A stretch of DNA of 64,000 nucleotides from an uncultured Gemmatimonadales bacterium (lineage in GTDB: Bacteria; Gemmatimonadota; Gemmatimonadetes; Gemmatimonadales; GWC2-71-9): assembly GCA_963730185.1 (NCBI GenBank), contig CAVSQW010000005.1, forward strand, positions 1-64,000, in the 5' to 3' direction. The number at the start of each line of letters is the position of its first letter. The first letter of the stretch is position 1. The notes under the pieces are model-generated. The model worked only from the letters and a program-made list of their open reading frames with translations, had not been told where the DNA came from and searched no databases. Shown piece after piece: positions 47,567 to 59,206 of the stretch. Made by a program: the position numbers and the translations under genes.

Positions 47567-48955
47567 ATGATTGGAGTCAGCACAATGACTGAACGACACG
47601 TTCGGCACGCGGTCGCCGGCGCGAGGCTCGCCAGCATGAGCCTGATGGCGATGCTCGCCACCGGCTGCCTGTCCGACATCACCAAGGTGAACGAGCGGGA
47701 CGTGATCCCGCCCGATCAGCTCACCACCTCAGCCGGCGCCCAGGCGCTCTACGTCGGCGCGCTCCGGTCCTTCGGGATCGCGTTCGACGGCAACAACGGC
47801 GGCGCCGAAGGACAGATCCTCATCTCCGGACTGATGTCCGATGAATGGAGTCACTCCGGAACCTTCAACACCCGCCGCGACTACGACCAGCGGGCCACCG
47901 ACCTCAACAACGGGACCCTCTCGGTCTCGTTCCGCAACCTCCAGGACGCTCGGACTTCGGCCGAGCGGGCCATTACCGCGGTCGAGAACACGTCCGACAA
48001 CCCGGCCGCGGACGCCCGTATCGGGGCGCTCCAGAACCGGATCGGGGCGGTCTACCTCGCGGGCGCTCAGAACTACTGCAACGGAGTGCCCTACACCGAG
48101 GTGGTCGGCGGCGATCTCCAGTACGGCGACCCGCTCACGGGCGACCAGGAGATCACCACCGCGATCAGCTGGTTCGACAAGGCCATCGCCGGCCCCGCCG
48201 GCACGGGCAGCGTCAACCTCTATACCGCGCAGCTGCTCAAGGCCCGGGCGCTCATGCTCCAAGGCTCGGCCCAGTACGGCGCCGCCGCCGCTCTCGTGGC
48301 GGGCGTGCCCACCAGCTTCCGGGCCGTAAGTGACCACTCGATCGCCAACGGTGGCAACGAGAACGGGATCTACGTGTTCAACTGGTTGAGCGAACGGTGG
48401 ACCATGTCGCAGAACGAAGGCGGCAACGGCCTGCCGTTCCGCGGGGCCGGCGACGGGACCGATCCGGCGCAGGCCGATCCCCGCTTGCCCTGGCAGTACG
48501 CCTCGGATAGCCTCGGGTTCGACAAGACCACCCCCCAGTTCAACTGGCTGGGCTCGGTCGGCCGCGATCACGCGATGCCGTTCGCCAAGGGTGAGGAGGC
48601 CCGCCTGATCGAGGCCGAAGCCGCCCTGGCCAACAACGACATCACCACCTTCATGAACAAGCTCAACGACCTCCGGACCACCGTCGCGGGCCTGGCGCCG
48701 CTCACCGATCCGGGCACCACTGCCGGACGGGTCGACATGCTCTTCTCCGAGCGCGGCTTCTGGCTCTACTCGACCGGCGTCCGACTGTCCGACATGCGGC
48801 GCTTGATCCGACAGTACGGACGGGGCGCCGAGACCGTGTTCCCCACCGGCGCGTACCACAAGCCCGGGAACTACGGCACCGACGTCAACATCCCGGTGAT
48901 CCTGGACGAGACGCAAAACCCCAACTTCACGGCTTGCCTGGACCGGAATCCCTGA
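47567..48955 (+). CDS. susD: SusD/RagB lipoprotein, copy 2
   Basis: Lipobox LATGC; paralogue of 42559-43941. Confidence 0.93.
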   Translation: MIGVSTMTERHVRHAVAGARLASMSLMAMLATGCLSDITKVNERDVIPPDQLTTSAGAQALYVGALRSFGIAFDGNNGGAEGQILISGLMSDEWSHSGTFNTRRDYDQRATDLNNGTLSVSFRNLQDARTSAERAITAVENTSDNPAADARIGALQNRIGAVYLAGAQNYCNGVPYTEVVGGDLQYGDPLTGDQEITTAISWFDKAIAGPAGTGSVNLYTAQLLKARALMLQGSAQYGAAAALVAGVPTSFRAVSDHSIANGGNENGIYVFNWLSERWTMSQNEGGNGLPFRGAGDGTDPAQADPRLPWQYASDSLGFDKTTPQFNWLGSVGRDHAMPFAKGEEARLIEAEAALANNDITTFMNKLNDLRTTVAGLAPLTDPGTTAGRVDMLFSERGFWLYSTGVRLSDMRRLIRQYGRGAETVFPTGAYHKPGNYGTDVNIPVILDETQNPNFTACLDRNP

Positions 48956-48975
48956 ACCAGTCGCAGGACCGGCAC

Positions 48976-49010
48976 GCGAACGGGGAGCCCGAAAGGGCTC
49001 CCCGTTTCGC
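48976..49010 (+). terminator. Terminator hairpin after susD2
   Basis: GCGAACGGGGAGCCC-GAAA-GGGCTCCCCGTTTCGC. Confidence 0.8.
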
Positions 49011-49052
49011 TTGGCCTCCGGCTTGACTTTGCCTCGCGCCCGGTCATGATCC

Positions 49053-49068
49053 ATCCGGATCGACGAAT
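49053..49068 (+). promoter_or_regulatory. Putative SahR operator 1 (ATCCG-N6-CGAAT)
   Basis: Just downstream of TTGACT(49023)-N16-CATGAT; near-identical to the site at 50123. Confidence 0.6.
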
Positions 49069-49072
49069 ACTC

Positions 49073-50011
49073 ATGCCCCCTCCCGCACTCTTCGGCCGCC
49101 TCGCGGCCCTGGCCGACCCCACCCGGGCCCGGCTCCTCCTGGCCGTAGAGCGTCAGGAGTTGGCCGTGAACGAGCTTCGGTCGGCCCTCCAGCTCCCCCA
49201 ATCCACCGTGAGCCGTCACCTCAAGCTCCTGGCCGACGAGGGCTGGGTGACCAGCCGAGCCGACGGCACCACCAAGTGGTACCGGATGACCGGGACCCGA
49301 CTCGACGAACAGGCCCGCCAGCTCTGGCGGGTGGTCCGCGACCAGCTGGCCGAGACCCCGGCCGCGCGACGTGATGCGGAGCGGATTCGGTCGATCGTGG
49401 CCGAACGGGTGAGCCGGAGCCGGGAGTTCTTCGCCACCAGCGCCGGCCAGTGGGATCTCGTGCGGACCGATTTGTTCGGAAGCGGCGTCGACAGCCTGGC
49501 CCTGAGCTGTCTGCTCGAGCCGGAGTGGACCGTCGGAGACCTGGGGACCGGCACCGGCCATTTCGCGGCCGCGATCGCCCCGCTGGTCCAACGGGTCATC
49601 GCCGTCGACGAATCCAAAGCCATGCTCGCCGCAGCTCGGGCCCGGCTCGGCAGCCAGCCCAACGTCGAGCTCCGGCAGGGTGCCATCGAATCCCTGCCCA
49701 TCGACGACGGCTCACTCGACCTGGCAACCATCGTCCTGGTACTTCATCACCTCAACGCGCCCGAACGCGCCGTCGAGGAGGCGGCCCGGGTTCTCCGTCC
49801 GGGAGGGCGCCTGGTGGTGGTAGACATGCTGCCCCACGAACGGGCCGAATACCGCGAGCTGATGGGCCATCAGTGGCTCGGATTCCCGCCCGATGCCGTT
49901 CTCGGCTGGGGGGCCGGCGCCGGCCTGACTGGTGGAAGCGTCCGCCAGCTCCCGCCCGACCCGGCGGCCCGGGGCCCCCTGCTGTTTGGAGCCACGTTCC
50001 GGAAGGGATGA
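49073..50011 (+). CDS. sahR: ArsR-HTH plus class I SAM-binding regulator (SahR/SamR-type)
   Basis: 'ALADPTRARLL...QSTVSRHLK.L' HTH; 'DLGTGTG' SAM motif; directly upstream of ahcY. Confidence 0.85.
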   Translation: MPPPALFGRLAALADPTRARLLLAVERQELAVNELRSALQLPQSTVSRHLKLLADEGWVTSRADGTTKWYRMTGTRLDEQARQLWRVVRDQLAETPAARRDAERIRSIVAERVSRSREFFATSAGQWDLVRTDLFGSGVDSLALSCLLEPEWTVGDLGTGTGHFAAAIAPLVQRVIAVDESKAMLAAARARLGSQPNVELRQGAIESLPIDDGSLDLATIVLVLHHLNAPERAVEEAARVLRPGGRLVVVDMLPHERAEYRELMGHQWLGFPPDAVLGWGAGAGLTGGSVRQLPPDPAARGPLLFGATFRKG

Positions 50012-50122
50012 AATCCAGGTAAGATACTGTCACTCAATGAGTTGACGTGATGGCAACGGAAGCGATCGCCACCCTGGGCCTGATCCGGCTGTTGACAGAA
50101 CGACAGCGATCTACAACTATTG

Positions 50123-50138
50123 ATCCGGATTGACGGAT
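50123..50138 (+). promoter_or_regulatory. Putative SahR operator 2 (ATCCG-N6-CGGAT)
   Basis: Perfect inverted repeat downstream of TTGACA(50092), upstream of ahcY. Confidence 0.65.
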
Positions 50139-50242
50139 GTTGATGAGGGCGCCTTCGACCCCGGCGAGCCTGCAGTTCCCAGGCGCCGGACCCTTCGCGC
50201 CGTAACTCCAATGCGGAAACCCAAGCTCGAGGAGAGGTGATC

Positions 50243-51733
50243 GTGGCCACGTCGATGATCGATACCCACCCGTTCCAAGCGGCGCGCGACGCGGGCCGGG
50301 AGCCGTTCAAGGTCAAGGACCTCCACGAGGCCCAGCTGGGCAGGCAGGAGATCCGGTTGGCCGAGCACGAGATGCCGGGGCTGATGGCGCTTCGGGCGGA
50401 GTACGCCGGGAAGAAGCCGCTGGCGGGCGCCCGGATCATGGGCTCGCTCCACATGACCGTGCAGACGGCCGTGCTGATCGAGACCCTGACCGACCTCGGC
50501 GCCGACGTGCGGTGGGTGTCGTGCAACATCTTCTCGACTCAGGACCACGCCGCGGCTGGAGTGGTGGTGGGGAAGAGCGGCACCATCGACGACCCAAAGG
50601 GGGTCCCGGTGTTCGCCTGGAAGGGCGAGACCCTCGAGGAGTACTGGTGGTGCACCGAGCAGGCGCTGATGTGGCCCGACGGCTCGGGCCCGAACCTCCT
50701 GCTCGACGACGGCGGCGACGCGACGCTGCTCATCCACAAGGGTGTGGAGTTCGAGAAGGCCGGCAAGATACCGGAGTTCGATCCCAACGCCGACCCCGAA
50801 GAATGGGGTGTGATCCTGAACGTGCTCCACCGATCCCTGGCCGAGGACAAGAGCCGGTGGACCCGGCTGGCGGTCGACATCCGGGGGGTGTCGGAGGAGA
50901 CCACCACCGGCGTGCACCGGCTCTACGAGATGATGAAGGCCGGGACGCTGCTCTTCCCCGCCATCAACGTCAACGACTCGGTGACCAAGTCGAAGTTCGA
51001 CAATCTGTACGGCTGCCGGCACTCACTCACCGACGGGATTCTTCGGGCCTCGGACGTGATGCTGGCCGGCAAAGTGGCGGTGATCTGCGGGTACGGCGAC
51101 GTTGGAAAGGGCTGCGCTCAGGCACTCAAGGGTCAGGGCGCTCGGGTGGTGGTCACCGAGATCGATCCGATCTGCGCCCTCCAGGCGGCGATGGAGGGCT
51201 ATCAGGTGACGGTGCTGGACGACGTGGTCGAGACGGCCGACATCTTCGTCACCGCCACCGGCAACAAGAACATCATCACTGCGGCGCACATGGTCCGGAT
51301 GAAGGACAAGGCCATCGTCGGAAACATCGGCCACTTCGACAACGAGATCGACATGGCCGGTCTCAAGAAGGTGAAGGGGGTCAAGCGGGTCAACATCAAG
51401 CCGCAGTTCGACGAATGGGTATTCCCGAACGGGAGGAGCGTGCTGATCCTGGCCGAGGGGCGGCTCCTCAACCTGGGATGCGCCACCGGGCATCCGAGCT
51501 TCGTGATGTCGTCGAGCTTCACCAACCAGGTGATGGCCCAGATCGAGCTGCACCAGAAGGCCGCCACCTACGAGAAGAAGGTCTACGTGCTCCCCAAGCA
51601 TCTCGATGAGAAGGTCGCTCGGCTCCATCTCGAGAAGCTGGGGGTCAAGCTCACCCAGCTCTCGAAGGACCAGGCGGACTACATCGGGGTGCCGGTCGGC
51701 GGGCCGTACAAGCCGGAGCACTACCGCTACTAG
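50243..51733 (+). CDS. ahcY: S-adenosylhomocysteine hydrolase
   Basis: 'GSLHMTVQT', 'SCNIFSTQD', 'EETTTG', '[10 protein letters not shown]' and C-terminal 'YRY'. Confidence 0.98.
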   Translation: MATSMIDTHPFQAARDAGREPFKVKDLHEAQLGRQEIRLAEHEMPGLMALRAEYAGKKPLAGARIMGSLHMTVQTAVLIETLTDLGADVRWVSCNIFSTQDHAAAGVVVGKSGTIDDPKGVPVFAWKGETLEEYWWCTEQALMWPDGSGPNLLLDDGGDATLLIHKGVEFEKAGKIPEFDPNADPEEWGVILNVLHRSLAEDKSRWTRLAVDIRGVSEETTTGVHRLYEMMKAGTLLFPAINVNDSVTKSKFDNLYGCRHSLTDGILRASDVMLAGKVAVICGYGDVGKGCAQALKGQGARVVVTEIDPICALQAAMEGYQVTVLDDVVETADIFVTATGNKNIITAAHMVRMKDKAIVGNIGHFDNEIDMAGLKKVKGVKRVNIKPQFDEWVFPNGRSVLILAEGRLLNLGCATGHPSFVMSSSFTNQVMAQIELHQKAATYEKKVYVLPKHLDEKVARLHLEKLGVKLTQLSKDQADYIGVPVGGPYKPEHYRY

Positions 51734-51846
51734 CCGGAGGATGAGTGGCAGACGGCGGGGCGGGGCCTTGGAGCCGCGGGCGCTGGTGAAACACGGGCAG
51801 CCGACGCGAACGTAAGGGTGGGCCTCCCGCACGCTGGAGAGCGGTC

Positions 51847-52545
51847 GTGCAGAAGCTCCTTCGTTGGCTCTTCGATTGGGCCAAGACGATCACGGTGTCG
51901 CTGATCGTCTGGTTCGTGATGAGCAGTTTGGTGCTCCAGGCCTTCCGGATCACGTCGTCGAGCATGGTGAACACCGTGCTGGTCGGCGACGTGCTCTTCG
52001 TCAACAAGCTCCTCTACGGAGCCGAGGTGCCGCTGATCCACAAGCGGCTGCCGGCCATCCGCTCCCCCCGCCATGGCGACATCGTCACCTTCCGATCGGT
52101 GGAGGAAGCGGACCTCGACGTGGTCAAGCGGCTGATCGGTGAGCCGGGCGACACCCTGGCCATGCGGGAAGGCATGCTCGTTCGGAACGGGCACGTGGTG
52201 GACGAGCCCTGGATCCTGCCCGGGCATCGAATCCAGCCTTCCGACGCCGGCGGCCGTGAGAAGATGCGAGCCTGGCAGGTCCACTACTTGGTTGGTCGTG
52301 ACACGGCCGGGTACGCCCCCGACCCCAACAACTGGGGCCCGATCGTCGTGCCGCCGGACTCGTTCTTCATGATGGGCGACAACCGCGCCGACTCGTGGGA
52401 CAGCCGCTACTGGGGATTCCTGCCGCGGGACCACATGACCGGCAAGGCCGAGGTGGTGTACTACAGCTACGACCCGGACACCTACAAGCCGATGCCGGTG
52501 CTGAGCAACATCCGCTGGCGGCGGATCTTCACGCTGGTGCGGTAA
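51847..52545 (+). CDS. lepB: Signal peptidase I
   Basis: 'SSSM..T..VGD', 'VVKR.IG.PGD' and 'GDNR..S.DSRYWG'. Confidence 0.93.
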   Translation: MQKLLRWLFDWAKTITVSLIVWFVMSSLVLQAFRITSSSMVNTVLVGDVLFVNKLLYGAEVPLIHKRLPAIRSPRHGDIVTFRSVEEADLDVVKRLIGEPGDTLAMREGMLVRNGHVVDEPWILPGHRIQPSDAGGREKMRAWQVHYLVGRDTAGYAPDPNNWGPIVVPPDSFFMMGDNRADSWDSRYWGFLPRDHMTGKAEVVYYSYDPDTYKPMPVLSNIRWRRIFTLVR

Positions 52546-52548
52546 GGG

Positions 52549-53679
52549 TCAGGGCCGGGCGGCGGCCGCGGCCCGGAGATCGATCGCGCCCCGGGTCACG
52601 AGGTCCCAGTAGGAGACCCCCTCCGGGTTGGCCGTGATCCTGAGGAAGTCCTTGACGTTCTCGGCCAGCTGGACGCTGGCATAGCCCGGCACCGCCTGGG
52701 GGTGCGGCTGCCCCATCACCCCGCCGAAATAGCTCCGGATGACCAGTGCCGGATCGGACCAGGGGAGCGCCCGCATGTTCTCGACGTAGCGGCGGAAGGT
52801 GCCCTGGCGGAAGAGGTAGAACTCGACGTTCGAGGTGTAGAAGAGGCTCACCCCGAGGTGGTGGCCCTGGAGAAAGGCCGCGATGCCTTTGAGCGCCCGG
52901 CGCCCTCCGAAATCTCCCACCAACGGAATGACCCGACCTCGCCGCTCCAGATCGCGGAGGAACTGATAGTCGTCCTCGCGGGCCAGGAAATTGGCCTGCT
53001 TGCCGCTCAGGTCTTTCTCCAGGTAGAGCTGCCGGATCGTGGGGTAGTACGACCGGGGGCCCCGCCCGTAGCTCGTGAACCGGAGATCGAGCCCCGACCG
53101 GGTGAATTCGTCGTGGAAGCGGCTGAGGGTGGCCAGGTCGGCACTGCCCAGCGGGATGCCATAGCCCCGGATTCGTTCCACCAGCAACTTGTGGTCACGC
53201 TGGTGCCGAATCGTGTCGGCCGGAGTGGCATCGATGTAGGCGATCAGGTCGTTGAGCGATCGCGAGTTCCAGGCCTGGGGATTGGCCGGCACGGGCCGGC
53301 CGAACAACAGGCACATGAACTCGAGCCGGTTACGGGACGACTCGAAGACCGACTTGAAAAGGAGATGCAGCAGCTGGTTGTCGCGCCGGAGGTCGAGTAT
53401 GAAGGCGATCTCGGGGCGTGACGCGGTGATGTACGAGAAGTTCTGGTCGGGCCCAACCCCGAGGTAGGCGCCCCCCTTCACGCCGACGGACCGGATGGCC
53501 CCGATGACGTGGAGGTAGGAGGCTTCGTTGCTGATCAGGTTGTCGGTGTCGAAGTAGCCGCCGGACTCGGAGAGCTGCTGGACCAGCCGGGCGAACGGGA
53601 CCGAGTCCCCAAGTTGGGCAGGCGGCGGAGCGACAGGGAGCGGCCCGGCGAGCCGGAGCGCCAGGATCAGCGCGAGCAT
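52549..53679 (-). CDS. Exported hypothetical protein with a possible SAM-type Rossmann motif
   Basis: Signal-like N-terminus; 'YLGVGPDQNFSYI...FILDLRRDN' and 'FYTSNVEFYL'. Confidence 0.75.
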   Translation of the reverse strand: MLALILALRLAGPLPVAPPPAQLGDSVPFARLVQQLSESGGYFDTDNLISNEASYLHVIGAIRSVGVKGGAYLGVGPDQNFSYITASRPEIAFILDLRRDNQLLHLLFKSVFESSRNRLEFMCLLFGRPVPANPQAWNSRSLNDLIAYIDATPADTIRHQRDHKLLVERIRGYGIPLGSADLATLSRFHDEFTRSGLDLRFTSYGRGPRSYYPTIRQLYLEKDLSGKQANFLAREDDYQFLRDLERRGRVIPLVGDFGGRRALKGIAAFLQGHHLGVSLFYTSNVEFYLFRQGTFRRYVENMRALPWSDPALVIRSYFGGVMGQPHPQAVPGYASVQLAENVKDFLRITANPEGVSYWDLVTRGAIDLRAAAAARP

Positions 53680-53720
53680 GTGCTCATGCTAACCCCGGCC
53701 GGACCGCGCCGTCCACTCGG

Positions 53721-54287
53721 TCACTCCTTGGCGCGGTCGAGGTACTCGCCGGTGGACGGGTTGACCCGGACCTTGTCACCGGTCTGGATGAACTCCGGCA
53801 CATTGACGGTGATTCCGTTGTTGAGCGTGGCCGGCTTCGGCGAGGAGGTCTTGGTGGCGGTCTTGAGCGGGGGCGCGGTCTCGGTCACCTCGAGCACCAG
53901 GGCGCTCGGCAGCTGGATCCCGATCGGACGACCCTCGTAGAACTCGGCCATGATCCGCATTCCCTCGGTCATCCACTTCGCGCTGTCGCCGAGATCCTCC
54001 TCGACCACCTCGAGCTGGTCGTAATTCTCGGCATTCATGAAGTGGTAGGTGTCGCCGCCCTTGTAGAGGAAGTCCAGCTCGTGGGTCTCGAGATTGGCGA
54101 TCTCCACCGAGTCGGTAGCCCGGAACCGGTGCTCGAACTGGATCCCGGTGCGGAGCTTCCGAAGCTTGGCCTGAACCAGGGCCCGAAGGTTGCCTGGCGT
54201 GTGGTGGTGGAAGTCCAGCACCCGACAGGGCTCGCCATTCAACATGACGGCCATGCCACGGCGGATATTGCTCGCAACGATGCTCAT
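53721..54287 (-). CDS. efp: Elongation factor P (Asn at the loop tip)
   Basis: 'TPGNLRA', 'FMNAENYDQ', 'KPATL..G....VPEFI..GD.V.VN..TGEYL.R'. Confidence 0.95.
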   Translation of the reverse strand: MSIVASNIRRGMAVMLNGEPCRVLDFHHHTPGNLRALVQAKLRKLRTGIQFEHRFRATDSVEIANLETHELDFLYKGGDTYHFMNAENYDQLEVVEEDLGDSAKWMTEGMRIMAEFYEGRPIGIQLPSALVLEVTETAPPLKTATKTSSPKPATLNNGITVNVPEFIQTGDKVRVNPSTGEYLDRAKE

Positions 54288-54528
54288 GCCGACCCGACCC
54301 GTACGAAGAGATGAAGAGAATCCGAGGCCGGGCCCCGTCCATTGGTCCAGCCCCGGCTGCCCCATTCTCAGGCAGCCAGGCAATTTAGCCCTCCGGACCC
54401 GGCTGAGCCACCCGATGCCCGGCAGCCTCCGATGGATGGCCGGGCCGTCCCCGGCGGCGCCAATCCAGGGAACAGCGCCGGGGCCGGGAACGCTTGACCG
54501 GCCGCTCCCGATCCCGGAAACTTGAGGA

Positions 54529-56562
<2,034 letters not shown>

Positions 56563-56583
56563 GAGACGCCGGCGCCGGCCGGC

Positions 56584-57078
56584 CTACCGGTGGTTGGCGG
56601 CCACCACCCGACCCCGAAGCGACGCGTCGATCTCCGCCTGCGTAAACCGGCGAGGCAAAGGGTGTGCCTCACCCGCCTCCCGGGTCGGCACGTCGACGGC
56701 GAGCACCTTGGTGCCGGAGACCTGGACCATGGCCTGGGCCACGTCGTCCTTGCCCTGCGACACCGTCAGGATCAGGCTCCACTCCCCGGTCGTTCCCCAG
56801 AGGTTCTTGAGGGCGTAGACGCCTTCCCGCGAGGTCCGCTCGAACCGGAGCGGTACCGACCGGCGTTGCCCGTCCACGATGCCCTCCGCCGTGCCGCTCA
56901 CTGGGAAGTTGACCGGCGTCCCGTGGTGAAAGGCGTGGACCAGCAGGAAGGCGCCCCGGGTGGAGGCATCCCAGGGATTGACCGGCGTCTCGATCGAAAT
57001 CCAGGGCGGCCCCGCCAGCACGGGCGAGGCGATGGTCAACGCGGCGACGAGCGGAACGAGACTCCTGAGCTGGCGCAT
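56584..57078 (-). CDS. Exported hypothetical protein
   Basis: GGAG SD; signal peptide; 'GPPWISIE.P.NP'. Confidence 0.75.
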   Translation of the reverse strand: MRQLRSLVPLVAALTIASPVLAGPPWISIETPVNPWDASTRGAFLLVHAFHHGTPVNFPVSGTAEGIVDGQRRSVPLRFERTSREGVYALKNLWGTTGEWSLILTVSQGKDDVAQAMVQVSGTKVLAVDVPTREAGEAHPLPRRFTQAEIDASLRGRVVAANHR

Positions 57079-57109
57079 GGCGAATCTCCGAGCGTGAGGG
57101 AACACCCGT

Positions 57110-58012
57110 TCAGATGCCGCTCGGCCCCTCCCGGTTGGTATCGATTCGGATGGTTCCCTTGAAGCTCCGCACCGACACCAGGCCGGCCCGACCGGTGCCG
57201 GCGCTGGCCCCGACCGAGAACTGGGCGGCGCCGTCGGGGTAGACCCGATCGGGGCGATCGAAGAGACGGGTTACGATCTTCCCGGCGATCGAGCTCAAGT
57301 CGAACCGGGCGTCCACCGGCGCCGGCAGGGTGACGTGGACGTCGCCGTCGTGGGTCTGGACCTCGAGGCGGCCGCCGCCCGCCACGCTGGTGCGAACGGT
57401 CACCGGCCCCGAGACGGATTCCGCCCGCGCCGACAGAACCTCGGCGCCGGTGATGGTGATCGACCCCTGGACCGTGGTGACCGCCAGGTCGCCCCGGGCG
57501 CCGACGATCTCGGCCTTGCCACCACCGGTCCGGACCCGGACGACCGTAGTCGGCCCCTCGATGCGGACGTCGCCGTCGATGGTCTCGATGGTGGCCACCC
57601 GGGCGGCGCCGACCAGCCGCACCGAGCCCAACACGGTGGTGACCTCGACCTCTCCGGTGAGGCCGCTCAGCTCCACCGGCGCGGTCGAGCTCTTGATCCA
57701 GACCCGGGCCTCACGGGGCACCCGCACGGTGAGCTCGGCGCCGGCCTCGGCGCCGGGATTCTGACCTTCGAGGCCCAGCTTGGCGATCCGCCCCCTGCCG
57801 CCCCCATAGAGCCGACCACCACCCGGGGCGACGGCGGCGAGAACGTCGATGGAATCGCGGGCCCACCCGGACACGGTGATCCGGCCCACCAGATTCTGGA
57901 TTCGGAGGGCCACGTCGGGCGCGACGGGATAGCCCGTGTGCCGGTGTTCCTGCGCGGCGAGCGGCACGGCGGCCGCGGCCGCCAGGCATCCGAGCAGCCC
58001 CAACCATCGCAT
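57110..58012 (-). CDS. DUF4097 beta-strand repeat envelope protein
   Basis: Signal peptide; repeated 'T..G.V.[IL]' strands; in the ECF operon. Confidence 0.8.
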   Translation of the reverse strand: MRWLGLLGCLAAAAAVPLAAQEHRHTGYPVAPDVALRIQNLVGRITVSGWARDSIDVLAAVAPGGGRLYGGGRGRIAKLGLEGQNPGAEAGAELTVRVPREARVWIKSSTAPVELSGLTGEVEVTTVLGSVRLVGAARVATIETIDGDVRIEGPTTVVRVRTGGGKAEIVGARGDLAVTTVQGSITITGAEVLSARAESVSGPVTVRTSVAGGGRLEVQTHDGDVHVTLPAPVDARFDLSSIAGKIVTRLFDRPDRVYPDGAAQFSVGASAGTGRAGLVSVRSFKGTIRIDTNREGPSGI

Positions 58013-58016
58013 CGAG

Positions 58017-58628
58017 TCACCCACCCTGATCGACGGAGGACGCCCGCTGGAGGAAGTCGACCTTCTGCCGGTAGGCCGCCAGGACCACGGCCTCGAGGGC
58101 CGGATTGGCCGGGTCCCGGTCCAAGGCGTCCCGCGCCTCGCCCAGGGCCTTCTCGATCGTGGCGAGGTTGCGCTCCAGGACGGCCCGGGTCTGGGGGCTC
58201 AGCGAGTCGCGTCGGCGAGAGTAGAGCGTCGACAGCTGGACGGCGGCCTGCATGTAGCGCGCTTCGGCGGCCGAGAAGGCATTCGGCGCGGCCTCGGGCG
58301 GCTCGGGCCGGGTCAGGGTCGCCGTGAGCGCGGCACTTCCCCCCACGAGCACCAGGGCGGCGGCGACCAGCGCCCAGACGGGCACCATTACCCGGCGGGC
58401 GCCGCCGAAGCGGCGGAGGCGGGGCGCGATGCCTCGCCAGAGATCGGCCGGGGGCTCGATCCGCCGGGGCAGCGCCGCGAGCGCGGGCCCGAGCCGGGTC
58501 AACGCATCGAGGTCGGCCCGGCAGTCGGGGCATTCCGCCAGATGGCCGGCGACCTGCGCGCGCTCGGCTCGATCGAGCCTGCCCTCGTCGTAGCCCTGAA
58601 GGCGATCGCGGACCTGGTCGCAGGTCAT
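58017..58628 (-). CDS. zf-HC2 anti-sigma factor
   Basis: 'C...HLAECPDC' plus TM; ATGA overlap with the sigma gene. Confidence 0.9.
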   Translation of the reverse strand: MTCDQVRDRLQGYDEGRLDRAERAQVAGHLAECPDCRADLDALTRLGPALAALPRRIEPPADLWRGIAPRLRRFGGARRVMVPVWALVAAALVLVGGSAALTATLTRPEPPEAAPNAFSAAEARYMQAAVQLSTLYSRRRDSLSPQTRAVLERNLATIEKALGEARDALDRDPANPALEAVVLAAYRQKVDFLQRASSVDQGG

Positions 58629-59206
58629 CGGTCGAGCGCCTCTCGGAGGAGACGTCGGGCACGGAAGAGCTGGGCCTTGCTGGTCCCCACCGCGATGCCG
58701 GTCATCGACGCGATCTCGTCGTGGCCGTATCCCTCGACGTCGAACAGCACAAACACGGTTCGGGCGCCGGGAGGCAGGGTGGCAATGGCCGACTCGAGGT
58801 CGAGCCGCACTCCGGGCGCGGCGGCTCGGGTGGCCGGGGCCAGATCGACCAGGTCTCCATCGGGGCGAACCCGACGGACCCGACGCCAAGTGCTCCGGCG
58901 GTCGGACAGGATGACGTTCACCGCCAGGCGGTAGAGCCAGGTTCCGAAGCTGCTCTCCGCCCGGAACGACCCGAGCCGCTCCCAGGCCCGGACGAAGACG
59001 TCCTGGGTGAGCTCGCCGGCGTGCTCCGGATCGTCCGCCAAGCGGCGGGCGAGCGCAAAGACCCGGCCGACGTGGGCCCGGTAGAGGGACTCGAAGGCGC
59101 GGTCATCGCCGCCCTGCGCAGCCGCGACGAGGGAAGCCTCGGGCGGCGGCGCAGGGTCGTCGACGACGCCCATCCAGAGGGGGCGAGAAAGGCTCCACGT
59201 GGTCAC
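58625..59206 (-). CDS. ECF RNA polymerase sigma factor
   Basis: 'ELTQDVFVRAW', 'FGTWLYRLAVN' and 'EIA.MTGIAVGTSKAQLFRAR'. Confidence 0.93.
   Translation of the reverse strand: MTTWSLSRPLWMGVVDDPAPPPEASLVAAAQGGDDRAFESLYRAHVGRVFALARRLADDPEHAGELTQDVFVRAWERLGSFRAESSFGTWLYRLAVNVILSDRRSTWRRVRRVRPDGDLVDLAPATRAAAPGVRLDLESAIATLPPGARTVFVLFDVEGYGHDEIASMTGIAVGTSKAQLFRARRLLREALDR

Noticed and set aside
39612..47685. Very long antisense ORFs (39612-42713 and 44746-47685; likewise 25064-26893, 54385-56550 and 60883-63495)
   Set aside because: Shadow ORFs caused by high GC3 codon bias opposite well-supported genes; no recognisable motifs.
52549..53679. Gene downstream of efp as the modifier of Asn-type EF-P
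   Set aside because: It appears to have a signal peptide and its own promoter, which does not fit a cytoplasmic EF-P modifying enzyme.
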